Notes: generated by a model from the sequence alone, not told the origin. A stretch of 54,001 nucleotides of DNA from Nemertoderma westbladi (GCA_032718475.1 JAUCBJ010001194.1:1-54001); one strand, 5' to 3'; counted from the first letter of the stretch, positions 25,187 through 36,807 are shown. Translations and numbers: made by a program.

Positions 25187-26113
25187 TCATACCCAATTTG
25201 AACGGTGGTCGGTACTGTCTACTTGACTATGTCTTAATATCTCTTCTCTATTTTCCTCATTTTCTTCAATTTGTTTAATAAATCTCCGCATTTGATTTTT
25301 GTTTCCTAATATTTGTCTCAATATCTCCTCTTTATTTTCATCATTCTCTTCTAAATGTTTAATAAATTTCTGTAATTTAATTTTACTTCCTAGAACTTGG
25401 GTCAATGTCACCTCTTTATTTTCTTCATTTTCCTTCAAATGTTTAATAATTTTCCGCAATTGATTCTTATTTCCAAGTAATTGCCTCTTTATTTCCTCAT
25501 TATCATCATTTTCATCCTCTTCTCCGCTTTCCTGATCTTCACTTTCTTCACCCTCTTTCTGACCTTCACTTTCTTCATCCTCTTCCCCGCCTTCACTTTC
25601 TTCATCCTCTTCCTGTTCTTCACTTTCTTCATCCTCTTCCTGTTCTTCACTTTCTTCATTCTCTTCCTGACCTTCGCTATCTTCACCCTCTTCTTGACCT
25701 TCACTTTCTTCATCCTCTTCCTGATCTTCCTGATCTTCACTTTCTTCGTTCTCAACTTCACTCTCTTCAACTTCATCCTGATCCTCACTATTTTCATTCT
25801 CCATCTCATCATCCTCTTCTTCTCCATCTTTCTCACTCAAATTTTCCTCATTTTCTAGGGGTAACTGTTTTTGTATCCCTTTCAAAATATTCATAACTTT
25901 ATGAAATTTATTTTCCATTGTCTGTTTTATATTTAATATATCACGCTCATCTCTCTTTTTCTTTTCATCTTCACTAAAAATATCTTCGGATTTTTTAAAT
26001 TTTTTTGGTAACGGAGCCATTAGTTTTTCCTTTCTATGTGTTTCCATATGACGAGATAAATTGTCTTGTCTCATTTCTTTATTACAAACCAAACAACTTT
26101 CATGTCTATGCAT
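25187..26113 (-). CDS. C2H2 zinc finger + basic patch + long acidic repeat protein (308 aa)
   Basis: CLVCNKEMRQDNLSRHMETH; PKKFKK; EESEEQEED-type repeats; ~23-aa helical repeats; promoter elements upstream. Confidence 0.7.
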   Translation of the reverse strand: MHRHESCLVCNKEMRQDNLSRHMETHRKEKLMAPLPKKFKKSEDIFSEDEKKKRDERDILNIKQTMENKFHKVMNILKGIQKQLPLENEENLSEKDGEEEDDEMENENSEDQDEVEESEVENEESEDQEDQEEDEESEGQEEGEDSEGQEENEESEEQEEDEESEEQEEDEESEGGEEDEESEGQKEGEESEDQESGEEDENDDNEEIKRQLLGNKNQLRKIIKHLKENEENKEVTLTQVLGSKIKLQKFIKHLEENDENKEEILRQILGNKNQMRRFIKQIEENEENREEILRHSQVDSTDHRSNWV

Positions 26114-26226
26114 TATATAGCAATGTCAATTGATATTATTGAATTTTAGCTAAATGATTTTACAAAATTTAAAATAAATATAACTTTTATGAAAATAAAT
26201 AAAACTTTTTAATATAAAACTTAGAG

Positions 26227-26352
26227 AATGACTGGGAATGCGTTGAACAGGGGCTATTATAGAGGGAGGCTAGAATGGATTTTCCAATCAGAGTGCGAGG
26301 GTGAGTTAGGCAGCCAATCAGGACTCGAGGGAGGAAAGTTAGACAGCCAATG
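26227..26352 (-). promoter_or_regulatory. Pol II promoter: three CCAAT boxes, TATA-like box, initiator
   Basis: ccaat at 26284, 26314, 26347; minus-strand TATAATA at 26261-26255; TCATTC about 30 bp downstream. Confidence 0.65.
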
Positions 26353-26569
26353 AGAGAGAAGATGCGAGTACAGTGGTAAAGCGCCCGCCCATCCATGGTG
26401 AGATAACTTCACACTAACTCTCAAGGATAGTTATACTCACCATTCAAATATCCCTCGCAAACCAGATTCCCCCCAGCATCTAAAGTATTCCACATCACTG
26501 CAAAATATATAGAGCTTTAGTTGGATTTGAACCTGTGCTTGTAAACTCTTTTGTGTTAGTATATTGACG

Positions 26570-26721
26570 TGAGGCATAGACTATGCCTCACTGAGGCATA
26601 GTCTATGCCTCAGTGCCTCAGTGAGGCATAGTCTATGCCTCAGTGAGGCAGAGTCTATGCCTCAGTGCCTCAGTGAGGCACTGAGTGAGGCATAGTCTAT
26701 GCCTCAGTGAGTCATAGTCTA
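26570..26721 (-). repeat. Palindromic minisatellite abutting the right TIR
   Basis: tgaggcatagtctatgcctca units, inverse of 19546-19865. Confidence 0.95.
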
Positions 26722-27048
26722 TGCGGTGTCACTTATGACACCCTTTGGTCCTCTCGGCAACAGTTAGACCTCACTGATGACCCATTGTGTGTCAGGGCTC
26801 TAATCAGTCTGATTAATTAGGATAATTAATTAAACCCTAATTAAGAGTTGTAAGACACCTATTAGGGTTAAATTGTACTAATTAATTGATGCCACCTATC
26901 AATTAGGGTCTAATTAGCCTAATTGGGAGATGTCACCCAGACAGTCTGGCGCCAATGACACCCTATGGGTGATAATAGGGTGTCATATGACACCCAATGG
27001 GTGTCAGTGAGGTCTAACTGTAGCAGAAAGGACCAAAACTCTACTACT
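26722..27048 (-). repeat. Right terminal inverted repeat (~327 bp)
   Basis: Reverse complement of 12486-12811. Confidence 0.95.
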
Positions 27049-29737
27049 TCTGGTATTCCTGAGACTTACCCAACCAGTCTAGCTGTCTACAGATCTCCTG
27101 AATCTCATCGGAAAACTCTATAATCCAGCTGCTAAGAAACTTTTGGGGCGCTACTAATTTCGCATACAGATATCTAGCTATGTTAGTCCTATTACCATAT
27201 ACCTGATGTTTAGCGTATCCCAAACTTGTCTCAATCCATCCGGATGTCCAATAAACTTTAACGCCATTAACTTGGGAGGTCCTTCCAAGCACTCGATGAG
27301 GAATCGTAGTTTCTCTCCGCTGGATAGTACGGAGTTCTGTATGTTATCTTTGTAATATTCATTAAAAGGTAACCATTTCATCTCATCTCCATTGAACTTG
27401 ACGACCTCTCCCACCTTTACCGCTTGACGGGCTTCCGTTCTAGCCATCTGACGTGTAAAACTTTCTTGAGCCATCGTATTATTTAATATCGAATTATCGG
27501 TATATAAATTTCTCGGATTATTATCAGATCGATATGGGATATCATTATCAACAGGCTTATTAATGCCCTTAATAGGGTTTACTATCGGAGTCTCTACTTC
27601 GCTAGCAGTATAGATGCGTGTAGGCTCCACACCTTGCGCATGAAATACTTCAGACCTAATGGGCTGACACATTGTTAGAGAGGGTGGTGGTATACCCATT
27701 TGTATATTTACTAATTTATCGCGCTCGAGAGCGATATTTTGCTGTACTTCTTGCAGCTCTAACCTACTCTCTCTTACTGTTCCCTTTAACAGCTGAACAG
27801 TCCCTTCCAATTCTCGGACTTGTTTGGAAGACTTGATCTTATTGTCTTCGAGTTGTACGAGCAACTGCTCCATCCCCCGTCATCCCTCGTCCATCCACTC
27901 AACCGCGGAGGCGGGAGTCGCCAACATCGCAGCTGGATGGCACATCGGGACGACGGGAGACAATCTATTTATTATTTCTTGCTCGGCGTCCATGACTGTC
28001 TGAGATTCTGGCAGTTGTCTACTGGGCACGGGTAGTTTGGTACTGTGTAAAGGGAATTTAGAGTTAGGTTCTGGGAGCAAAGGTGTCTCTATTAAGGGAG
28101 TGGCTTCACTAACAGGCCTAATTATTTCTGGCTCATCTACTATAGTAGGGAGTCTTTCTACTCTTATAATTTGGGCTGTTGGCTCTCGATTACTTAAGTC
28201 TACACTAGCTAGCTCCATTCTCACCGCAGGGGTAAGTTAGGTAACTTATGCCGGTGGGGCGCTCTTCTATGTCCGTTTGAATTAGATTTATTACCTTTAC
28301 CCTCAGGATCAGTTGTATCACCTTCATCCGAGGAGGTAAATCCCTGTCTTCTGGGAGTAGATCAACTCAGTAGTTGCATATGAGTAGCTGCTCTTTGTTT
28401 ATTTAAGTAATCTTGTTTTGCCTGAAGGTTCTCCAACTCTAGTTGGGCTGTCGCTTCAGATGCCCTCCGTTCTGCTTCTGCCACTGCCGCTTCTGCTGCC
28501 GCTTTTCTTTCAGCTTCTGCCTCTGCCGCTTTTCTTTCAGCCTCTGCCGCTGCCGCTTTTCTTTCAGTCTCTGCCGCTGCTGCTTTTCTTTCAGCTTCTG
28601 CCGCTGCCGCTGCTGCTGCCGCTTTTCTTTCAGCTTCTGCCACTGCCGCTGCCGCTTTTTTTTCAGCTTCTGCCGCTGCCGCCGCTGCTGCTACCTTTCG
28701 GTCTTCTATTTGCCTTTTCTTTATTTGTTCTCCTTTGTCCATTGCGATGAGAATGCTTTCATCAAATTTAGCCTGCTCTGCAGCTAATATCTCTGCATCT
28801 AAAGAGTCCAGTATGAATTTGGCTCCTTCACTATTGGGGAGAAGTCCAACTAGACGTCTTCTTAGCTCTTTGTCACCTTTAAATCGTTGATAATCCGACA
28901 GATAGATGTCAATAGCATCCTTCTTCTGAGGTTATTCCAATACTGCCTCGCCTTCCACATGAGAAAAGGTTGTATCTGTTGATTCTCCGTGGGTTACCGT
29001 TCAGTTAGCTGAACCCTCTATTGTGTTGTTCCCTGGACTTTAACATTCACTCACTGGAACCAAGTCTTTACAGCCACCTGTAACGATGTGTCTTGACTTC
29101 TCTTCGAGGCCTCTTCAAAGGCTGAAAGGATTAATCTGATCCTCAAGATACGTTATCTCACTTGGTAAAGCAGCTCTCCCTGCTCTTGAGGTCCCTGAGG
29201 TTGTTGAAATAATCGGATTTCTATTCTTTCCAAGGAGTTGAAGAATCCCTGGACATATCCTGCTGCTGACCTCTTCCATACAGCGGGATCTCTGGTGTCC
29301 CTCACTACCCCCACTTGGTATAAGTCTTCCCAGGCAGCTTCCGATAAGTTAAACGGGAGTCCGGGTCCGGGGAAGTTCCATTGAATCTCTACAATAGACC
29401 TTAGTTCTTCCATCGGGTATCCTGCATAACTGTCCCTGGTCGATCTCTTATTTCTCATCCAATCCGCTTGATGTTCTTCTACAGCTATAAGTACTCTAGT
29501 GAGTACTGCCCCAGGAAGAATTAGAAGTGGGTCTGGATAAACCGCTTCTTCCATCCTTGTTCCGATCTCGGGCGTTAACTCCTCGGTGTCGGAACTAGAG
29601 TTACTACGCAGTTGAGAAATAAGTTCTCGGTTCGGGTACTGTTGTTGTTTGGCAGCCATCTCTTGGTCTCGCTTAACTTGAGCCCTAGTGCCTATAATAG
29701 ACCTATGGTGCTTTACTAGCCTAGGGTCCGATACCAC
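27049..29737 (-). pseudogene. gag: Bel/Pao gag N-terminal part, long and broken into at least 5 ORFs; includes AEAERKAAA coiled-coil repeat
   Basis: KFNGDEMKWLPF...EKLRFLIECLEGPP (DUF1759-like) at 27178-27873; assignment of 29153-29737 to gag is inferred from position. Confidence 0.75.
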
Positions 29738-31620
29738 TACTGTAGGGATAACCTTTCTTCAGTAGGAGGGGACTTAGACTTCGGTCTGGGATGTTCCATA
29801 CTTTGATCTGGGTCACAGATCGTTCTTTCTAAGAGACTATCTGACAGTGTTTGTTTTGTGTCAGACATAATTTATTTTACAGTTGAATGCCTACTACTAT
29901 AATGACAGTTAAAGAAAGTCTAGGGGAAATCAGTATCAACTGTCAGTCTAGTAGTTACCGATATCGCTACTCAATATAACGTGGTATATATCTAATATTA
30001 GAATATCGGTATTTACCTATAGTATATATATCAGTATTATTACAGACTAGGATCAATCACAGAATATCGGTATATAAGTTTAGCCTAATTTATATAAATA
30101 TAATATAAGCTTACCATAAATACCGGTAATGTCAATTATTTAATAATAACTGATTTTCCATATTTTAGGAATTACTTCCCTTTACTTTATTACTGATATT
30201 AAGCAGTAGTTCAACTGATATTAAGACCTAATTGATGTATAACAGGCCTATTAATTTATAAATCTGATTGAATTAATTTATAAATATATATATATACCCG
30301 TAATGGGTTTTGACAATATTTGAAATATATGTTATTATTTCTGTGTAAGAAGTCACTACATAGAGGCTGGACGCTCTCAGTGGAGTGCTACTTGTTAGAC
30401 ACTAATACTGATAATTCTACTTAACTAAGTTACTTATCACTACAAATTACTTACGTATCGGGTTGAGATTACACAATCTCTAAATAAACAATAAACAAGT
30501 TACACGTACAATTTATTTAGGGTAATTTAACAAGAAATTTACGAACCTGCCTAACAAGGAGTTAGAATTTCTGGTTCTTACAAACTGACAGGAAATTACG
30601 GTATTTGAAACCAATAAAGTAGTATTAAGTACGTTGCGTTGTCCAGATAAGGAAATGCCACCGTCTGACGGCTTACAGTCTTACACTATAAGCATTACGT
30701 TATGTACCCGGAGTGTTCTATACCTGGAGGTTAATTATCGAAGCCAACCAGAGCTAATGGACCTATTAACCACGTTACAACACAAATATACTGCCTACAC
30801 ACTAAATTACTTTCAGGAAAGCACTGTACTCTAAACCCTAAATTAGGTACAAGTACTTATACAACATATAATTAGCAGTTAGATATAAGCGAACAGCCAA
30901 AAGAACCACGGTATCTGTTGGAGTGACCGGAGCACAAAATCACCAGTCTGTCCTACGCCAAGCAGTCCTGAAGTAGTACCGGGGTTAATTAAACTATAAC
31001 GGTATGCATAACAAGCATAATTACTGTAAGGAATAAACCTGGGGAGATATAGGTTGCAAATACTTGCATAAACTCTGAATAATAAATATTACGCTACCCA
31101 TACTGACTATTCAAATAAAACACAGACCAAATGCTGGCAGACTACTGTCAAGCCTAAATAAACCACAGTATATGCAATATCCGAAATGGTTAGTTAGTAA
31201 GCATTCTAACTACGTAGTACGACTTATTCTTTCGTGGGGGATTTACCTTACAACACTGGATGCCTCCACCTTCCTAACTAGCACTTTATCGGACAGACAC
31301 TCTACATACACTGCAATCGCCTCAGACCTAACAACAGTTATACAACAATCCGGCCTACAAATTATTTATACAATCTGAGCAGGCTTACATGCCTTCTGCG
31401 CAATATTACACTTACCGGTAAATAAAACCAGCAGAAATATGTAAGCTCTAAAAGAAATAAGGGGTGTACAGGCCCGACTCTCTTAAACAGCCTACTAATA
31501 TACAATATATCACAATCAAAAAATAGTACCGGTTCGGGTTACGAGGCCTACAGTCTACCGACCAACCGGTACGTTCGATTTTATTGCCAACTGAGCAATA
31601 AAGAAACTGAAATCTATTAA

Positions 31621-32302
31621 TGTTCGCGATTTTAGACCTTTAGCAGTTTAACCTGCCAATTTTAAATGTCCTTTTAATTATGAATCGACTTTAGCACTTA
31701 CCAATTACCTGGTGTACTGAAGTTACATCCGCCGAAGCCAGTCCGTGCGCGGCGTATGACCCACGGTGTGGGAGACTGGATTTGGGTTCCCTAGGAAGTT
31801 ATTGCAGTGTAGGCTACTTTGTATTATTCGATTGATCGCTACTATATATTCTCTGACAACTATATTTACTTTCGGGGAAATATTAACAGTTCCTTTAGGA
31901 TATGGCGCTTTAAGTATAAAAACAGAGTTATGACTTACACTAGTCACAATTAGATGGCCACAGAGTTTCGTAAATGCTTTATTAACCTTCACACGACTTC
32001 ACACGACTTCACACTACTTTACACTAATTTACACTAATTTGCCGACAGTCACTGATTTTGATCATATATAAGGAGGATTGCAACTGACACACGTAGGGAT
32101 TATGAAATAGCATTTAATTCACACAAAAACCACTATAATTTGAGTCGCAGTTCCTACCGGTAGACTCTTCCTCCGCTTACCTCAGTAATCAAGAAGATTG
32201 AGGGGATTACGATTATTTATCGGTATTCTCCAAATATAACATCCATTAATATAAACAGCAATTAACACAATATAAAACAGCATTAAAACAGTGCGGTGAA
32301 CA
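31621..32302 (-). repeat. Putative 5' LTR of the Bel/Pao element
   Basis: Matches 1381-2082; tgttcgcg...cggtgaaca. Confidence 0.8.
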
Positions 32303-32615
32303 GCCCAGCAAAGACACATCTGGCTAATATCCAGATAATATCCAGCTAAACCCCGCTAAACCCCGCTAGCTTGGTTTTTAGCATTTTAATATCCTACTAA
32401 TATAATAGCTCAAAAGTACTGCGACGACTACTACTACTACTACTACTTTATTGCAGAAAGAAGTATATTTAGTTAAACTATATCTATAGCTAATAAATAT
32501 AACAAATTCACATAGTTGAAAATTATTACGAGATCAAAAATTATATATAGAGTTACACACAAAAAAAAATCATTAACATCAGTTTCTTCGTGGTCTTGTC
32601 TGCACTCGTTGTGGT

Positions 32616-35600
32616 CTACGGCGGTGGGGCAACATCCGCATTCGCATGCACAATGGCTATGTCTGCAACTGAATTTGTGCAGCGAATGGGTCGTCTAGCA
32701 GCCGACCGGTGTCCACGGAGACACATGAGGGCCGACCGCAACAACGCGAAGTTCAACTTTCGCCGAACCCATGTGATGCACTCCGCATACCGCGTTTCTC
32801 TCTTCTCCGCCAGGCGGTGCGCCAACCGCTTCACCAGATGTATGGCTGAAGGCGCCATACCACCAAACGCGGAAAATATCAGAGGCGTGAAGGTGGCGTG
32901 TTCCACCTCCCTCACTCGTTCCTGATACTTTAGGTTCTTCCGCGCTTCATGGTAAAGGTGGGCTGACGGTAGGGACATGGCAGCATTAGTTTCTGCCAGT
33001 GGATTGAAGACTGAGACGTCTAGGAACGTCTTCTGGAACCGATTGCCCCAGAAGCCGCTCACTGAGACGTCCAATCTCGCCAGCTGGTCCGTTGAAGTGC
33101 TGCGGTGTTCAAACTGCTCGCCCGTTAGCGGTTGGAGGACTGGCTCCACAGCCACATTATGTGACACCTCCGTCAGAGCATCAGCGACAAAGTCCCGGAT
33201 CTCGTTGTGCCTGATGGAAGGAAATCCTCCAGTGGGGCACGACAGAACGTGGGTAGGAGAAAATCGCTCCCCACAGACACAACGAGACGGTAGAGACTTT
33301 GGCATCCACCCATATCGGAGGCACAGGGCATCCCTGAATTCACCCTTGTCCAGGTGGGTGTCCTGGAGGATGAGTGGCTTGGTGTTGAGCCAGATAGAAG
33401 CGCCCTTTTCGGTGGTCAGTCCGTGGAGCCGCCGCTGGGGAGGAGATAATATTCCCACCACTTCCTCTCTCTTTTCCATCGACTGGAGCAGCGCCTCTAC
33501 CTTCAACCTGCCCACCACCTCCGTTTGTTTCTCCCGGACCTGCGCCATTGTATCTGGTGTGGCGCTGATGAATGGCTCACAGACCCGAAGCGAGCTGGTA
33601 TACTGATGTGACAGGTCAGTGGGCACCGGAATGCCGATACCCCCGTCACGGACTGGCAGGGAAAGTAACAGGCGTTCCTCTTTTGAGATGGCTGGCCGAT
33701 CGGTGAGACGGCAAAGGAATCGATTTACAGCCTCCTCCAACAGGGTGAGATGGGCTGGCGCGGTGGATACAACACGGGTGATGAACCGCCACCGACAGGC
33801 AAGGCCAAACGCGAGGCCCGCGTACGCACAGTGGGGGTCCACTGCTGCCACCCCTGCGAGACGATCCACTTCCATGGCGAACTCCTGAGCCTTCTCTTCT
33901 AGGAACGTGGTGCGATACTCCTCAGTGCCAACAACCCCGCCGAGTAGCTCATGGCCTGTCGTGTTGATGGTGACACCAGTATTGGCGAAAAGAATCTCAG
34001 CCTCTTCCAACATTGCTGGTTTCACTGTGAGGTGACACTTGGATGGGAAGTAGCCGAAGAGAGGACCCCTTGTGGTAGCGACCTCTAGGAAGGCCCGTAG
34101 GTCAGTGAGTTTTCCTGCCGCATTGCCATCATCCGCATATCACTGCTGTGTGGCCTTGCTTGCACGTCCCAACTCAGCTAATAGTGGCATAATGGAGCAC
34201 CAATACATCGCCATGGCAATGGGGTCACCCTGTGTGGTCCCCTCTTCAGAGAGCAACGTCTCCCCTCCCACAAAGAGTCGAGCTGGTTCGCTGTAGCAAT
34301 TGGTGACTACGGTGAGAAGGGCAGGGCAGACAACTCCAATGTTGTGGAGGGCAGCCGAACGGTTCAGTACGTTGAAGGCATTTGTAGCGTCTATCTGTAG
34401 AACCCCGTCACAGTCGTCCGAGTCCCACTCCATCGTGAGGCTGTGGATGGCGAATTCAATGCCAGCCTTCTGACCCAGACAGAGTTGGGTGTTCCCACCG
34501 ACAGACTCAAGATCCTGACGGATACAATGGGTGATAGATTTACCTATGACGCGGCGCAACACCTCACCTATCCCTATGGGTCTGACGCCCGGGTTTTTGT
34601 CCAGTGCAATAAGTCTGGCAGACAGTAGCGCAGATAGAGACCCCTGAGAAGTCTTGGTCTGTGCGAGTTGTTTCGCCAAGTCTGCGATCCTCTCACCCAG
34701 CTCGGAAGACTGTGTCCGAAACCGGGTAAGGAGGTGCTTCCAACCCTGAACATCAACTCCCGATGGACCAGCGGCGTTTCCCTTCATTCTAAGCAAGCTC
34801 CCAAGGATGAGCTTCCCATCGATCGCCTCAAACACAACGCTGTGGTGCTGTGGCGCCTCAGGGAAATGCGATAGCAGGGTCGACTCGTCTGCGGGCTGCG
34901 CTGGAGGATGTTTCGCTCGCAGAACATCCCGGACCACCTTGGTTTTCCCATCTTTGTCCGTGAATGAGTCATTCAGACTCAGTGGAGAACCGCGGTGTAA
35001 CTGTCCAAGAACTCTCGTCGCCGCCGAAATATTCCCAGTCAGCATGTGGCGGGTGAACGCCTTCTGGAGTGCTACGTCCTGAGAGGCTGGGGGTCGTCGC
35101 TTAGGAAGGTGTGTCTGAATGGCCCTGGCCTCCACCATGAGTTCGTCGAATTTTGCTTCCCTCCAGCTCACTAGACGGCGTTGGAGAATGTGCCGGTGTG
35201 TGGCCGTGGTGGAAGACCGACTCGGTTTCTGTAAGAGGAGAGCTGGCAATATCATCATTGCCGTGAGGGCGACCTCATGTAGGGGATTTTCACTGATTGC
35301 CAGCGCCAACAACCGAGAAATCTCTGCCACCAATTCTCTACCCACGGCCCCCTGAGGAACCAGGAATAGGTTTGGCCGCCAGTGTACTATGCTGTTGTAC
35401 ACTGTGTTGATTGACTCTATTATTTGGTGCCTGGGCAAGGATTCATTGAACCATACTGCGGAGTCGACTCGACTTGTTGAAGTGAGTACAACACTGGACA
35501 GGGAGGATGGCAGAGGTCGACCGATAGATGCCGAGGGTGCCAACTGGACTGGTGGGGGACCCGGCTGGATTGCTGGGGGACCCGACCGGACTGAAGGGGG

Positions 35601-36632
35601 ACCCGACTGGTCTGAAGGGGGACCCGACTGGACTGCAGGGGGACCCGACTGGACTCCTGAGGGACCCGACTGGTCTGATGGGGGACCTGACTGGACTGAA
35701 GGGGGACCCGACTGGACTGCTGGGGGACCCGACTGGACTCCTGAGGGCCCCGACTGGTCTGATGGGGGACCCGACTGGACTGATGGGGGACCCGACTGGA
35801 CTGCTGGGGGACCCGACTGGACTCCCGAGGGACCTGACTGGTCTGAAGGGGGACCCGACTGGACTGCTGGGGGACCCGACTGGACTCCCGAGGGACCCGA
35901 CTGGTCTGATGGGGGACCCGACTGGGACTGCTGGGCGTCCCGACTGGACTGGACATATGGGGGACCCGACTGGACTGATGGGGGACCCGACTGGACTGCT
36001 GGGCGCACCGACTGGACTGATGGGGGACCCAACTGGACTGGTGGGGGACCCAACTGGACTGATGGGGGACCCGACTGGACTGCTGGGTGCACCGACTGGA
36101 CTGCAGGGGGACCCGACTGGACTGAAGGGGGACCAGACTGGACTGCTGAGGGAACGGACTGGACTGCTCGGGGATCTGAAAAGTTCGGGGTCTGAAGTAT
36201 AACGTCTTTAACTGCTGACCCCAAAGCAGACCCTGTACCGGGGCTCCGAATCCTAGATATGATGGCACTGGCCCTCGCTCGTGCTGCGCCCGGAGACCAA
36301 ACTGGAGAGTTCAATGATGCTGACGCACTGGCAGCTAGCGGATTATCCTGGACGATCGGGGATCCACCCAGTAAAGTTTCGTCCTGATCCATCAATGTAT
36401 CGTCCGCTGGACTTTCCAAAGCTGCGCAAGAGTTAAGCGGCTGTGAGACTGACGTCTGGGAGAACGAAGGTCGTTCGTGGCGATCCGGTAGAGGTTGAGA
36501 GGAAGGGTGCTGGCTGTTCTCGCAATTGCCGTTTCTTCCTGGGGCACACGATAAGCACCGCAAGCTATTCCTGACGCATATACATTTCTTGCAGCGCCCG
36601 GACCGTCCATTGCAGCCGCAACAAGCTGCCAT
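32616..36632 (-). pseudogene. RT-RLE polyprotein (~1338 aa) with one in-frame TGA at 34140-34142
   Basis: N-terminal Cys cluster; GVRPIGIGE, IDATNAFN, GTTQGDP, *YADD; CVC...HVLSC, RHNEIRD, RLDV...FLDV, KNLKY; both ORF halves share one frame. Confidence 0.92.
35545..36168 (-). repeat. In-frame 21-bp coding minisatellite (~30 x xVQSGPP)
   Basis: gggacccgactggact units. Confidence 0.95.
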
Positions 36633-36807
36633 CAAAACGCCGGCTGCAGTGACGCGTTCACTCGAATAGAGAGGCGACACAATCAGAAATATATAATTTG
36701 GCGCCACAAAGTCTGACAGTTGTCAAGGCAGTAGTCAGTACAGCAGTACAGTTCAGTAGGAGCTACGGTAGTCCAGTAATCTACATACAGACATACAGAC
36801 GTACTAG

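Larger units (their letters stand above)
12486..27048. mobile_element. Non-autonomous Polinton/Maverick-like element inserted in Bel/Pao gag
   Basis: TIRs 12486-12811 and 26722-27048; termini AGTAGTAGAG...CTCTACTACT; 6-bp TSD TCTGGT at 12480-12485 and 27049-27054; excision restores the gag frame. Confidence 0.85.
1381..32302 (-). mobile_element. Bel/Pao LTR retrotransposon, decayed; ~16.3 kb once the nested 12486-27048 insertion is removed
   Basis: ~700-bp direct repeats with TGTT...AACA ends flank minus-strand gag (DUF1759-like), PR, RT, RH and IN in Bel/Pao order. No TSD, PBS or PPT recognisable, so the outer boundaries are less certain than the family call. Confidence 0.8.
32429..36800 (-). 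mobile_element. RLE-class (CRE-like) non-LTR retrotransposon, apparently full length
   Basis: Single long ORF with RT and restriction-like endonuclease; 3' AATAAA followed by a (GTA)6 tail at 32452-32429. Confidence 0.9.

Noticed and set aside
25481-25858. Phe/Ile-rich 'membrane' ORF and Lys/Arg-rich ORF
   Set aside because: Antisense and shifted frames of the acidic repeat
28418-28787. Cys/Arg/Phe and Leu/Pro-rich plus-strand ORFs
   Set aside because: Antisense of the AEAERK repeat in gag
29724-29750. TGGTATCGGA as a tRNA-Met PBS defining an alternative LTR
   Set aside because: The adjacent sequence has no second copy downstream of pol in this window
35389-36268. Alternative-frame ORFs (GGPDWT, GDPTGL, QSSRVP repeats)
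   Set aside because: Shadow frames of the stop-free 21-bp coding repeat
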